From assembly GCA_963812885.1 (NCBI GenBank), contig CAWEWZ010000005.1, forward strand, positions 3,497 through 67,496: a stretch of 64,000 nt of DNA, written 5' to 3'. Positions 29,277 through 40,680 of the stretch are shown one piece after another; the stretch's first letter is position 1, and every line of letters begins with the position of its first letter. This stretch comes from an uncultured Acidimicrobiaceae bacterium (GTDB taxonomy: Bacteria > Actinomycetota > Acidimicrobiia > Acidimicrobiales > RAAP-2). The notes beneath the pieces were generated by a model that saw only the letters and a program-made list of their open reading frames with translations, was not told where the DNA came from and made no database searches. A program made the translations under genes and the position numbers.

Positions 29277-31995
29277 ATGCCGCACCCCGCGCCAGCCGAG
29301 CTCGGCCGCGGGGTCGTCGTGGCCCCCGGCGCCGCCCCTCCCGAGGCCTGGCGGTCGTGCCCCCGGGTGGACCTCGGTGACGCCGAACTGGCCCGGCCGG
29401 GGCCGGTGCTCGGCGTGCTCCACCGCGCCTGGCTCGAGCGCACGCCGGTGGTGGTCGAGCTCGCCGTCGGACCCCGACCGGCTGCGGGCCTCCCCTCGCT
29501 TCGACGGAGCGGTCTACGACCTCACCCCGGCGTTCGAGTTCGAGGTGGAGCGCCTGCAATTCCTGGTGTGGGCCAACAACTACGACGCCCGGGGCGGCGA
29601 TCCGGTCTGGTGGCACGGCCGGAAGGCGGCCCGGGCCGGGGCGGCGCGGGGGGTGGCCGAGGAGGGACCGGCCGACATCACCCTGGCCGACGGCACACCG
29701 CTGTTCGTCGACGGCGGTCCCCCCGACCCGCCGGCCCTCGCCTCGGGGGTCGGGGTGGTCCACCGGTGGAACGCGGAGGCCGGTCGGCTCGATCCCGCCA
29801 CCCACCGGCCGCCGGTCGCCGAGCTGGCGCGGGACCAGCTGGCCGCGGTCGACCACGGGTCGGGGGCGGCCCGGGTCATCGCCCCGGCCGGTTCGGGCAA
29901 GACCCGGGTCCTGACCGAACGCCTCCGCCATCTGGTGGCCGGCCGCGGTGCCCACCCGGGCACGGTGAGCGCCTTGGCCTACAACACCCGGGCGGCGGAC
30001 GAGATGAAGCAGCGGTGTTCGGGCATCCTCACCGCCGACGGGCCGCACATCCGCACCCTCAACAGCACCGGGCTGTGGATCTGCAGCGAGTTCGGTCCCG
30101 GCGGGAGACCCCGGGTGCTGGAGGAGCCCGACGTGCGCGACGTCCTGCAGGGGCTGTTCGACATCCGGCGGCAGGCCAACGCCGACACGGTCGCCCCCTA
30201 CATCGCCGCCCTGTCGGCGGTGCGGCTCGGTCTCAGCCCGCCGGCGGCGGTCGAGGAGTCGATGCCCGACGCCCCGGGCCTGGCCGAGGGATTCGACCGC
30301 TACCGGTCCACCCTCGCCGACCTGGGCGCTGTCGACTTCGACGAGCAGATCTACCGGGCCCTCGAGATCCTCCTCACCGACGCCGACGCCCGGGCGGCGG
30401 CCCAGGCCCGGTGCCGTCGCCTGCTGGTCGACGAGTTCCAGGACCTGACCCCGGCCCACCTGCTCATGATCCGGCTGCTGTCCGCCCCCGGATACGACTG
30501 CTTCGGGGTGGGCGACGACGACCAGGTCATCTACGGCTACTCGGGGGCGACGCCCGAGTTCCTCATCGGGTTCCCCGACTACTTCCCCGGTGCCGCCCAC
30601 CATCCGCTCGAGGTCAACTACCGGTGTCCTCCGTCGGTGGTGGGGGCGGCCCGCCACGTCCTCTCCTACAACCACCGGCGCATCGACAAGACCATCCGCT
30701 CGCCGGAGGGCCGGCCCGACCCCGAACCGGCGGCCTCGGGTCCACTGGCCGGCTGCGGTCCCGTGGTCGTCCGGACCGGGGCCGGCGACTCGCTGGCCGC
30801 CCTGGTCCTCGAGATGGTCCGGGGCTGGCAGGGCTCGGGCGTCGCGCCCGACGACATCGCCGTGCTGGCCCGGGTCAACTCGGCGCTCCTGCCCGTCCAG
30901 GTGGCGATGGTGGAAGCGGGCGTGCCCTGCTCCCGGCCGCTCGGGGTCAAGGCGCTGGGCCGCACCGGTATCCGCACCGCGTTCGCCTACCTCCGGATCG
31001 GTTCCGATCCCGACCACATCCGCAGGGAGGACATCCGGGACACCATCCGCCGGCCGTCGCGGGGGATCGCCCCGATGGTGGTGGACATGCTGACCAAAAG
31101 CCGCTCCACCTCGGTCACCGACATCCGCCGGCTGGCCGGTCGCCTCTCGGGCCGGGACGTGCCCAAGCTGTCGGCCTACGCCGACGACCTCGACACCGTG
31201 GCCCGGGCGACGGGCGCCTCCACCGCCGCGGCCCTCCGTGCCATCGGAGCCGGTATCGGTCTGGCCACCACCATGGACGTCCTCGACTCGTCGCGGCGGG
31301 AGGCGGACCGCTCGACCCACGCCGACGACCTGGTGGCCCTGGAGGCGGTGGCCGCCCTCCACCCGGAGGCGGCCACGCTTCGAGTCGTGGCTGCGGGGGG
31401 TGCTGGTCCGCCCGGCGGCCGAGGGGCCGAACGTGCTGCTGTCCACGGTGCACCGGATCAAGGGCAAGGAGTGGGGGCACGTGGTCGTCTTCGGCGCCTC
31501 CGAGGGCCTCTTCCCCCACCGGCTGTCCGACGACGAGGAGGGGGAGCGCCGGGTCTTCCACGTCGCCCTCACCCGGGCCCGGAGCCAGGTGGTGGTGGTG
31601 GCCGATGCCGGGGCCCCCTCCCCCTTCGTCGGCGAGCTGGACGGGTCCCGACCCCACCGGGCCGCTCACCGACCGGCCCGGAGGACCGCCGCGGCGTGAG
31701 CCCGACGTCGTCGGCCCGCGGGAGGACGGCTCCGAGGACGGGGGACCGGGGCCCGGCCGCCGAGCCGACGGCGGAGGCCGCCGCCGCCGAGCGATCCTTG
31801 CGGGACTGGCGATCGTCGGTGGCCCGGAAGGAGGCCGTGCCGGCCTACGTGGTCCTCACCGACAAGGACCTGATCGGCATCGCCACCGAGCTGCCGCGCA
31901 CCCTCGGGGAGCTGGCCCGGTGCCGCGGCATCGGGCCCCTCCGCCTCGAGCGGTGGGGTGACGAGATCCTGGCCGTCCTGGGCACCGGTGCTTGA
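29277..31995 (+). CDS. UvrD/REP-type superfamily 1 helicase with N-terminal extension of about 190 aa and C-terminal HRDC-like domain; three frame breaks
   Basis: Helicase motifs are present (APAGSGKTRVL, LLVDEFQDLTP, NYRCP, STVHRIKGKEWGHVVV, VALTRAR) with a tail (AYVVLTDKDLIGIATELPRTLGELARCRGIGPLRLERWGDEIL). The frame changes at about 29466, about 31378 and somewhere in 31640-31790. Confidence 0.8.
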
Positions 31996-32089
31996 GGGGG
32001 CCACCGACCTAAGATCGCTGCTCGCCGCCGGCTGATCCTGGCCGGGGTGCAGGGGTGGGGCCCGAGCTCCCGGGGAGAGAGGTGCGACG

Positions 32090-33838
32090 ATGTCGCTCAG
32101 TTACGACGAGGCCGCCGCGCAGGTCACCGGGCCCGGCCAGCTCTTCGAGTTGGCCGACGCGACGGTCGACGGGGTCGGCTACCGGATGTTCAAGAACGCT
32201 CCCGCCACCCTCGGCCAGGTGTTCGCCGGCGCCCGGGGCAACCAGTCGACGTTCCTCGTGTACGAGGACGAGCGGTGGACCTTCGAGGAGACCATGGTCC
32301 ACGTCGACGCCCTGGCCCACGCCCTGGTCGACACCTTCGGGATCGGCAAGGGGGACCGGGTGGGCATCGCCATGCGCAACCTGCCCGAATGGATCGTCTC
32401 GTTCGCGGCCATCCTCTCGGTGGGGGCGGTGTCGGTCTCGCTCAACGCCTGGTGGACCGAGACGGAGGTCGACTACGCCATCGGGGATTCGGGGCTCTCG
32501 CTCCTGATCGCCGATCCCGAGCGCATCGGGCGGGCCCACCGGGCTGCGCACTCCCGGGGCATCCCCATGGTCGTGGTCAGGGCCGACGAGCTCGAACCCC
32601 AGCCCACCGGTGTGCGGCGCTACGACGAGGTCGTCACCCTGGGCGACCCGATGCCCGCGGTCGAGGTGGCGCCGGAGGACGATGCCACCATCCTCTACAC
32701 GTCAGGGACCACCGGGTTCCCGAAGGGTGCGGTGTCGACCCACCGGGCGGTGACCCAGGCGCTGATGGCCTTCTGGGCCGGAGCCACCATCCAGACGGCC
32801 CGGCAAGGGAAGAACCCCCTGGCCGGCAGCGGCCGGTCGCCGACCTTCATCCTCATCGTGCCGCTGTTCCATGTGACCGGCTGCGTGCCGGTCATGCTCT
32901 CGTGCTTCGGGATGAAGCTGAAGCTGGTCATGATGCACCGCTGGGATCCCGAGACGGCCCTGCGCCTCATCGAGGCCGAACAGGTGACCGCCTTCGTCGG
33001 GGTGCCCACCCAGAGCTGGGACCTGCTGGAGAGCCCGGCCTTCTCCAAGTACGACACCTCGTCGCTGGCCACCATCGGGGGCGGCGGCGCCCCGGCCCCG
33101 GTCAAGCTGGTCGACCGGGTGGAGAAGGGGTTCGCCCGGGGCCGGCCCAACATCGGCTACGGGATGACCGAGACCAACGCCTTCGGGCCGGGGAACGCCG
33201 GCGACGACTACGTGACCCACCCGACATCGACCGGTCGGGCCCGGACCACCATCATGGACACCGAGATCCGCGACGAGGACGGGAACCCGGTCCCCGTCGG
33301 GCAACGGGGCCAGATCTGGATGAAGGGGCCGAATCTCATCCGCGGCTACTGGAACAAGCCGGAGGCGTCGGCCGAGACCATCGTCGACGGCTGGCTGGCC
33401 TCGGGCGACCTGGGACGGATCGACCAGGAAGGGTTCCTCTACATCGAGGACCGGGCCAAGGACATGGTGCTCCGGGCAGGCGAGAACGTCTACTGCGCCG
33501 AAGTGGAGAGCGCCATCTACGACCACCCGGCCGTGTACGAGGCAGCGGTGTTCGGTGTCCCCGACGTTCGACTGGGCGAGGAGGTGGCCTGCGTGATCCA
33601 CCTCCAGGGCGGGTCGACCCTGGAGGCCGACGAGCTCAAGGACTTCCTGGCCGACAAGCTGGCCCCGTTCAAGATCCCGAGCCGGATCGCCTTCAGCGCC
33701 GAGCGGCTCCCCCGCAACCCGTCGGGCAAGATCCTCAAACGGGAGCTGCGGCACGACCTTCTTCGGGCACGGCGCCTGAGGCAACCCCGTCCGGGCCGAT
33801 CAGCGGCGCCGCAGGCGCTTGTCCTCGATGGCCGGTGA
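32090..33838 (+). CDS. AMP-dependent synthetase/ligase (acyl-CoA synthetase family)
   Basis: LYTSGTTGFPKG, GYGMTET, GDLGRIDQEGFLYIEDRAKD, PSGKILKREL. The C-terminal 30 aa overlap the convergent AKR gene and may be a run-on. Confidence 0.9.
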   Translation: MSLSYDEAAAQVTGPGQLFELADATVDGVGYRMFKNAPATLGQVFAGARGNQSTFLVYEDERWTFEETMVHVDALAHALVDTFGIGKGDRVGIAMRNLPEWIVSFAAILSVGAVSVSLNAWWTETEVDYAIGDSGLSLLIADPERIGRAHRAAHSRGIPMVVVRADELEPQPTGVRRYDEVVTLGDPMPAVEVAPEDDATILYTSGTTGFPKGAVSTHRAVTQALMAFWAGATIQTARQGKNPLAGSGRSPTFILIVPLFHVTGCVPVMLSCFGMKLKLVMMHRWDPETALRLIEAEQVTAFVGVPTQSWDLLESPAFSKYDTSSLATIGGGGAPAPVKLVDRVEKGFARGRPNIGYGMTETNAFGPGNAGDDYVTHPTSTGRARTTIMDTEIRDEDGNPVPVGQRGQIWMKGPNLIRGYWNKPEASAETIVDGWLASGDLGRIDQEGFLYIEDRAKDMVLRAGENVYCAEVESAIYDHPAVYEAAVFGVPDVRLGEEVACVIHLQGGSTLEADELKDFLADKLAPFKIPSRIAFSAERLPRNPSGKILKRELRHDLLRARRLRQPRPGRSAAPQALVLDGR

Positions 33839-34817
33839 GGCGGCGAAGTAGTTGTCGGCCCGGTTGAGCTCGGTCCCCGGGGGGATGATCTCGTCGATCC
33901 GGTCGAGGACGTCGCCATCCAATTCGACATCGGCGCCGGCCAGGAGATCGTCGAGCTGCTCGGGCGTCCGGGGACCGATGATGACCGAGGTGACCCCGGG
34001 GTGGGCGAGCACGAAGGCGGTGGCCAGGTGGGTGAGGGGCAGCCCGGCCTCGGCGGCCAGGTGGGTGAGCTGCTGGACCGCCTCCAGCTTGGCCCGGTTG
34101 GCGGCCACGGTGAGGTCGAAGTTCCTCGCCCCCACCCCCTCGGCCCGGTGCCCCTTGGTCGGGTCGGTCCGCCCGGAGAGCCAGCCACTGCTGAGCGGTC
34201 CGTAGGTGAGGACGCCCATCCGGTAGCGCTGGGCGGTCGGGAGCACCGCGCCCTCGATGGTCCGGTTGAGGATGGAGTAGCGCGGCTGCTCGGTCCGGAA
34301 CCGGTGGTGGCCGCGCCGGTCGGCTGTCCAGTGGGCCTCCACGATCAGCTCGGCGGGAAAGGTGGAGGAGCCGATGGCCCGGACCTTGCCCGACGTGGAT
34401 CAGGTCGGAGAGGGCGGCCAGCGTCTCGTCGATGTCCGTGCCGTAGTCGGGACGGTGCATCTGGTAGAGGTCGATGTGGTCGGTGCCCAGGCGCCGGAGG
34501 CTGCGTTCGACGGCGCGGGCGATCCAACGGGGTGATCCACCGCGCTGGTTGGGATCGCTCCCCACCGGGAGCCCGAACTTGGTGGCCAGGACCACGTCGT
34601 CACGGCGGCCCTGCAAGGCCTGGCCGACGATCTCCTCGGACTCGCCCGCCGAGTAGACGTCGGCCGTGTCGACGAAGTTGATCCCGGCGTCGAGCGCGGT
34701 GTGGATCATCCGGACCGACTCGTCGTGATCAGTGTTGCCCATGGCCCCGAGCATCATCGTCCCCAGCGCGAACTCGCTGACCGAGATTCCGGTCCCACCC
34801 AGGATCCTCTGTTTCAT
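33800..34817 (-). CDS. Aldo/keto reductase; frame break near 34390
   Basis: MKQRILGGTGISVSEFALGTM..INFVDTADVY..HIDLYQMHRPD is followed in the next frame by KVRAIGSSTFPAE..VIIGPRTPEQLDD. Confidence 0.85.
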
Positions 34818-34936
34818 CTGCTTTTCCTTCCCATGGCTTCTCGTGCCGGTGTCGGCCGCGTGTGCCGGCGGCGTTGGTCGCGGCGTCGGCCGGAGCCCAT
34901 GGTGGCAGGGAAAGGCAGACCTGGTAGAACTGCCGG

Positions 34937-35527
34937 GTGGCCGAGTACGGGGTCCAGTGGCTGACGGGAGCCGATCAGGTCTCCCAGGCGGTCGGGGTGA
35001 CGGCCCGCGCGTTGCGGGACAACCCCACGTCCATCGCCGTCTCCAGTGATCCGCTGGTCCGGCTCGAGATGCTGTACACCACCTTCCGAGGCATGCTCAC
35101 CGGAGCGCGGGTGGCCGGGGTCGTGCGGGGCGACTGCGTGCTCGGCGTGGCCGGCGCCGATCCGCCCGGGGACTGCGTGGCCACGATGTTGCCGCCGGAG
35201 ATCAGGCTGCTGGACGAGCCCGGTGCCGACGCCACCGACGCCGACCGGTTCCTCCATTTGGGATCGGTCCTGGCCGCCCACGACCTGATCGAGTCGCACT
35301 GGCACGTCGGTCCGGTGGGGGTGGAGCCGGGCTTCCAGGGGATGGGGCTCGGCGGGGCGGCGATGAAGCTCTTGTGCGGTGAGTTCGACGAGCACGGCCG
35401 ACTGGCCTGGCTGGAGACCGACAAGCCCGAGAACGTCCGGTTCTACATCGGCCACGGGTTCGAGGTCGTGGAGGAGATCCCGTTCCTGTCGGCCCGCAAC
35501 TGGTTCATGCGCCGCGACCCGAGGTGA
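34937..35527 (+). CDS. GNAT-family N-acetyltransferase
   Basis: VGVEPGFQGMGLGGAAMKLL..AWLETDKPENVRFYIGHGFEV is the acetyl-CoA binding motif region. Confidence 0.7.
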   Translation: MAEYGVQWLTGADQVSQAVGVTARALRDNPTSIAVSSDPLVRLEMLYTTFRGMLTGARVAGVVRGDCVLGVAGADPPGDCVATMLPPEIRLLDEPGADATDADRFLHLGSVLAAHDLIESHWHVGPVGVEPGFQGMGLGGAAMKLLCGEFDEHGRLAWLETDKPENVRFYIGHGFEVVEEIPFLSARNWFMRRDPR

Positions 35528-35543
35528 CGGCTCACTCGAGGGA

Positions 35544-36223
35544 TCAGACCTCTTGCCCGACTTCTTCTCGGCCTTCTTCACGCTGCCGTACCCCTTCTCC
35601 ATGGCCGACATGATGATGGCCTCGAAGTCCTTGTCGGTGAGCACGGCCGGTGTGCCCATCGACGACGAGCGCCAGTAGAGCTCGGCCAGCCACTCGAGGA
35701 GCTCGAGCCGCTCGACGGCCTCGCTCATCTTGTTGCCGTAGGCGATCGATCCGTGGTTGCGCATCATGGCCGCGTTCCGGCCCTTCAGCGCCTTGATCAC
35801 GTTGTCGGCCAGTTCCTGCGAACCGAACGTCGCATAGGGGGCGGTGCGCGGCGCTCCCCCCAGACCGAGGCAGCTGTAGTGCAACGGGGGCAGTTCGTCG
35901 TGGGTGCACGAGAGGGCGGTGGAGGCCATGGCGTGGGCGTGGGTGATGGCCAGCGCGTTGGTGGCGGCGTAGATGCCGGTGTGGAGCGGGACCTCGGAGG
36001 TGGGGGCGAACTCGCCGTCCACGACGTCACCGTCGAGGTCGATGACCGTGATCATCTCGGCGGTCAGTGTGCCCAGGTCGGAGCCGGTCGGGGTCACCGC
36101 GATCAGATCGCCCTTGCGGGCGGAGATGTTGCCGGCCGTGCCGATGACAAGTCCCGTCTCGGCCACGTGCCGGCTGGCGCTGGCCACAGCCTCTCGTTCG
36201 TCTGCCAGCAGCAGATCGCTCAT
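35544..36223 (-). CDS. Class II aldolase/adducin-family protein; 3' end uncertain (no in-frame stop as assembled)
   Basis: ATG 36223 follows GGGAAAGGA. GTAGNISAR..EVPLHTGIY..ITHAHAMAS..MRNHGSIAYG are the class II aldolase motifs. The frame then reads on antisense through the GNAT gene to 34814. A TGA at 35544 is available in another frame. Confidence 0.75.
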
Positions 36224-36331
36224 GTCTGGATCCTTTCCCGAAAGCCCGAACACTACTGCCTGGGGTGGTAACAGGTCCCAGTCACGACGGCGGAACTCAA
36301 GCCGTACCTTTCGGCTGCCGATGCCCAAGGT

Positions 36332-36493
36332 ATGAGCGCCCAGCCCGAGCCGAGGAGTACCGAGCAATTGGCGGCGGCCGATCAGGCGTGCCCGGACTGC
36401 GGTGGGCCGATCGAGGCCGAGGCCGCCGCCGACGACCCGTTCTTCATCTGCCGATCCTGCTACGACGCCTACGTCGACAACGCCGGGCGCTGA
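36332..36493 (+). CDS. Candidate 53-aa zinc-ribbon protein
   Basis: MSAQPEPRSTEQLAAADQACPDCGGPIEAEAAADDPFFICRSCYDAYVDNAGR has two CxxC pairs and a high-GC3 pattern. It is below the ORF-track cutoff. Confidence 0.35.
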   Translation: MSAQPEPRSTEQLAAADQACPDCGGPIEAEAAADDPFFICRSCYDAYVDNAGR

Positions 36494-36535
36494 ACCGGCC
36501 GCTGGGGCCGGTCGCCGCTCTGGCAAGCTGTCCCC

Positions 36536-37168
36536 ATGCCGGGCGCACCCCGCTTCGCTCCGCCGGTGCCCGAAGCGGCGACCCGCGCCTATCAGCGGGC
36601 CGGCGAAGGAGGCTTCGGCGCCGACGGCGCCGGCCTGTCGAGCCGGCCGGGGACGGGCGCGCTGCTGGCCGTCCTGGCCGCCTCCCGACCGGCCGCCCGC
36701 ATCGCCGAACTGGGCACCGGCCTCGGCGCCGGCGCGGCCTGGCTCCTGCACGGGATGGATGCCGAGTCCCGCCTGGTCACTGTCGAAGCCGACGAGGGGC
36801 GGGCGCAGGAGGCCCGGTCACTCCTCGGGGCCGATCCCCGCATCGAGCTGCTCACCGGCCGGTCGGAGGACCTGTTGCCGACGCGGGGTCCCTTCGACCT
36901 GGTCTTCGTGGACAGCGGATTCAGCCGGGAGCTGCACACCGAGGAAGCGGCCACGTTCCTGCTCGACCTGGTCGTGACCGGCGGGCTGCTCGTCCTCGAC
37001 GACCTCACGCCGGAGTGGGAGTGGGAGGCGCACGGAGGCATCGACTCCAAGCGGGCCTTCGCCTTCGGGAACCCGCGGGTGCTGGGCGCCGAGCTGTATC
37101 CGCCGAACCCGGAGGGGACGCTCGGTGGCCCGCGGTCAGGGCTGCTGGTCATGACCAAGCGGGCCTGA
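36536..37168 (+). CDS. Class I SAM-dependent O-methyltransferase
   Basis: The SAM motif I region (IAELGTGLGAGAAWLL) and LVFVDS fit family 3 O-methyltransferases. Confidence 0.65.
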   Translation: MPGAPRFAPPVPEAATRAYQRAGEGGFGADGAGLSSRPGTGALLAVLAASRPAARIAELGTGLGAGAAWLLHGMDAESRLVTVEADEGRAQEARSLLGADPRIELLTGRSEDLLPTRGPFDLVFVDSGFSRELHTEEAATFLLDLVVTGGLLVLDDLTPEWEWEAHGGIDSKRAFAFGNPRVLGAELYPPNPEGTLGGPRSGLLVMTKRA

Positions 37169-37210
37169 CCGGATCGTTCGAGGGATTTGGGTGGCCGACC
37201 CCGAGCGGGG

Positions 37211-38713
37211 TCAGGGTAGGACGCCCGACGACCGGGGATGGCGCCGGGCGGCGTCCCGTCCTTCGGCCAGGCTGAGGCCGGCCAGCAGGGCGTTGCGGAG
37301 CTGGCGGGGATCGATCACGTCGTCGTAGGACAGGCGGGCGCCGGCGACCACTGCCGCCCGCGCCTGCTCGGCGGCCAGACGGGCCCGCTCCTCGGGATCG
37401 TCGACGGCGCTGGCCTCGGAGCCGGCCGGGAGGGCGCCGAGGGTGATCGACGGGAAGGCCAGAGTGATGGTCTGGCCGTCGAACGGGTTCATGGCCATGA
37501 CCGAGGAGCCGAAACCGAATGCCTTGCGCAGCGTGACATGGAGCTTGGGCACGGTCAGGCGGTGCTGGACGGCGAAGAGCCGGGCCGCGTGCCGGAGGAT
37601 GCCCTGGCCTTCGGCGGCGGTGCCGGCCAGCACCCCGGGGTTGTCGGCCAGGAAGATGCACGGCAGTCCGAAGGCGCCGGCCACGTCGAGGAAGTGGGCG
37701 GCTTTGTCGGCGGCGTCGCTGTCGATGGTCCCGGCCATCACGCTCGGATCGTTGGCCACGATGGCCACGCTGCGTCCCCCGAGATGGCCGAGCGCGGTCA
37801 CGATCGAGGGTCCGAACCCGGGTTGCACGTCGAGCAGGGCGCCGGCGTCGACCACTTCAGCGAGCACCGGCCGCACCGGATACGGCTGGCGGGGGTCGGG
37901 AGGGATCAGCCCGAGGACGTCGACGGGCCGCGGCCCGGCGTCGGGTCCGTCCCTCCGGGGCGGAGGTTCCCAGGCGTTGAGGGGGAAGTGGCCGAGGTAG
38001 CGGCGGGCCAGATCGATGGCCTCGGTGTCGTCGGCCACCAGGTTGTGCACGACACCACCCGACCCGATGGCCACGTCCGGGCCGCCCAGGGCCTCCTTGG
38101 TCACGTCCTCCCCGGTGGCCGACCGGACCAGGGGTGGGCCGGCGGCGAAGATCGAGGCCGTCTCGGTCATGGCCACGAAGTCACACAGGGGTGCGGTGAG
38201 GGCGCCGTGACCGGCCGAGGCACCGAGCACCAGGCTGACCAAGGGGACGAGTCCGGACAGCTCGGCCAGGCCCATCAGGTCTCCGGGCCGGCGACCCGAT
38301 GCCGTCTCGGTGACCCGGTGTCCGGCTCCCTCGAGCATCATGACCAGCGGGACCCGTTCCTGACCGGCCAGCTGGCACAGCCGGTACCGCTTGTCCGAGG
38401 CCCCACTGCCGATCGAACCGCCGAGCACGGTGACGTCCTCGGCGCCGGCCAGGGCCGGCCGGCCGTTGATCCGGCCCGATCCGGCCACCAGGGCGTCGGC
38501 GGCGACCGGGGGATCGTCGACCGTGCCGACCAGGTTGCCCAGTTCGAAGAGGGTTCCGGGGTCGAACAGGCGGTCGAGTCGCTCACGGGCGTTGAGCCGT
38601 CCCCGTTCGTGCTGCCGATGGAGGCGGGCCTCGCCGCCCATGGCCCGGGCCTCGGCCTTCCGACGCCCGATCTCCTCCAGGGCCGGACCCCACCCGTGGA
38701 GCTCGTCAGCCAT
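37211..38713 (-). CDS. Acyl-CoA carboxylase carboxyltransferase (beta) subunit
   Basis: About 500 aa and intact, with two crotonase-like halves (GSIGSGASDKRYRL.., DSDAADKAAHFLDVAGAFGLPCIFLADNPG). The ATG overlaps the upstream SDR stop (TGATG). Confidence 0.85.
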   Translation of the reverse strand: MADELHGWGPALEEIGRRKAEARAMGGEARLHRQHERGRLNARERLDRLFDPGTLFELGNLVGTVDDPPVAADALVAGSGRINGRPALAGAEDVTVLGGSIGSGASDKRYRLCQLAGQERVPLVMMLEGAGHRVTETASGRRPGDLMGLAELSGLVPLVSLVLGASAGHGALTAPLCDFVAMTETASIFAAGPPLVRSATGEDVTKEALGGPDVAIGSGGVVHNLVADDTEAIDLARRYLGHFPLNAWEPPPRRDGPDAGPRPVDVLGLIPPDPRQPYPVRPVLAEVVDAGALLDVQPGFGPSIVTALGHLGGRSVAIVANDPSVMAGTIDSDAADKAAHFLDVAGAFGLPCIFLADNPGVLAGTAAEGQGILRHAARLFAVQHRLTVPKLHVTLRKAFGFGSSVMAMNPFDGQTITLAFPSITLGALPAGSEASAVDDPEERARLAAEQARAAVVAGARLSYDDVIDPRQLRNALLAGLSLAEGRDAARRHPRSSGVLP

Positions 38714-39565
38714 CAGCCCCGACCGGTCAGTCGGGGGGCGCCGCCCGGTTCGCCGACGGCCCCGGGGCTGAACGGGGACCAAGAACCGGTGTCGACGTGG
38801 TTGCCGGCGTCCACGTCGAGGAGGACACCGGTGATGGAGCCGGCCTCCTCGGACAGGAGGAAGGCCACCGCCGCGGCGATGTCGTCGGCCTCGGTCAACC
38901 GTCCGAGGAGCAGGTGGCGACCGGCGGCCTCACCGTCGTCGGCTCCCCAGATGTCCCTGGTGCCTTCGGTTTTGGTGAGGCCGGGACTCACCGCGTTGAC
39001 CCGCACTCCGCTTCGACCGAGGTCGTTGGCCAAGGTGCGGGTCAGGGCGTTGAGCGCCGATTTGGCTGCGGCATAGGCGGCCATCGACGGCGTCGTCTTC
39101 TTCGGCGACCCGCTGGAGATGTTGACGACGGCTCCGCCGTCGTCGGCCAGGCCCCGGGCCATCGCCTCCTGGATGAGCGACAAGGCCGGCCAGGTGTTGA
39201 GGGCGACCGTCTTCATCAGCTCATCCCGGCTCATGGTCAGAGCCGATCCGATGAACGGGGCACCGCCGACCGCGTTGACCAGCAGGTCGATCCGGCCGAA
39301 CCGCTCGATCGCCGTCCCCACCAGGAGGGCGGGCAGCTCGGCGTCGCCGGCCGCACCGGGGCAGGCCACCACGTCGAGGCCCTGGCTGCGCGAGGGCCGA
39401 CTCGGTGGCCCGCAACCGGGGTTCGGAGCGGGCGTTGATGACCACCGAGGCGCCCTCGAGGGCCAGGCGGCGTGCCGACGCGGTTCCGATGCCGGGATCC
39501 GTCGAGGCACCGGTCACGATGGCGACCTTGCCCCCGAACCGCCGTCCAAACGTGCGCTCGTCCAC
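38713..39565 (-). CDS. Short-chain dehydrogenase/reductase; frame break near 39385
   Basis: KVAIVTGASTDPGIGTASARRLA is in one frame. QGLDVVACPGAAGD..YAAAKSALNALTRTLA..NAVSPG is in the next. Confidence 0.8.
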
Positions 39566-39706
39566 TGCTCTCCTCGGGAAGCTCCGGTGACCGTCCGGTC
39601 GGAGACGAAGCTAGGCGCGATCCTTCTGCCGGGTGCGGTCCGGGGAGCGAAATCACCGCATCGGGGTTGGCCGCCGGGGTCCGGTTGGCCGAGGCTGCCG
39701 CGGGGA

Positions 39707-40499
39707 CTACCGGACCACGGGGGCGGAGAGCGCGAACCGCGGATGGGGCACCATGGCGGCCAGGCTCTCGGCCTCGGCTGCCGACATGCGGGGGCGAGAA
39801 GAAGTAGCCCTGTGCCGTCTCCACCCCGATCTCGCACAGGATCTCCACCTGTTCGGCGGACTCGACCGCCTCGGCCACCGTGCAGATGCCGAGGGAGCGG
39901 CACAGCTTGACGATCGTCTCCACGGTGTTCCGGCCCTGACCGGTCTTGTCGGTGAGCCCCTCGATGAGTGACGCATCGATCTTCATGGTGTTGACGACGC
40001 AGTTCCGGAGGTTCTCGAGCACGGACCAGTCCGAGCCCACATCGTCCATCGTGAGCTGGATGCCGAGGCGGGTCATGACCTGGAGGTCGGCGGCGGCATC
40101 ATCATCGGCCACCGACGACTCGGTGATCTCGACGGTGAGCCGGTCCGGATTGAGCCCCGACTGCTCGAGGGCGGAGGCGGCGGCCATGGCGGCGGTGCCC
40201 CGCTGGAGCTGGAAGACCGAACAGTTGACGGCCAGCTGGAGATCAGAAGGCCAGCGGGCCGCTTGGGCGCAGGCCTCGGACAGGACCCAGGCATTGAGCT
40301 CGTTCATGTGCCCGTGCTCCTCGGCCCAGGGGATGAGCACGTCGGGTGGGATGTCGGTGCCGTCGGAACGGTGCCACCGCAGCAGGGCCTCGAAGCCCAG
40401 CAGGCGGCCGGTGAAGAGATCGACCGCCGGTTGGAAGACGAGAGCCGGGGCCCCGTCCAGGTCCATCTTCGGAACCGGGGTCGCCGAGATCGTCCGCAC
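39707..40499 (-). CDS. EAL-domain protein (c-di-GMP phosphodiesterase type) with no GGDEF or sensor domain; frame break in G5 run
   Basis: FQPAVDLFTGRLLGFEALLRW, EITES, DDVGSDWS, KIDASL and AEAVESAEQ..GYFFS motifs are present. The natural end (RPRMSAAEAESLAAMVPHPRFALSAPVVR-stop at 39707) is reached after a 1-nt change at 39790-39794. Confidence 0.8.
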
Positions 40500-40680
40500 G
40501 GCGGCCGGCTTCCGGGTGCTCTGCTTTCCGACTCGATCTCCGGGGCCTTTTCACATGTGCGCTATCGGCACCTGGCGCTGCCTACCTTGAGCGCCGAGAG
40601 ACCGTCGGAAGCCCGGGATACGGGGCCAGAGGGGCCGAAAAGCCCTAAAGGTCGATGAAGAAGGGGCCGAACCAGAACAC

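Noticed and set aside
28825-31572. 915-aa minus-strand ORF opposite the helicase gene
   Set aside because: It is the antisense frame of a gene with clear SF1 helicase motifs. The composition is Arg/Gly/Pro-dominated and no domain is recognisable.
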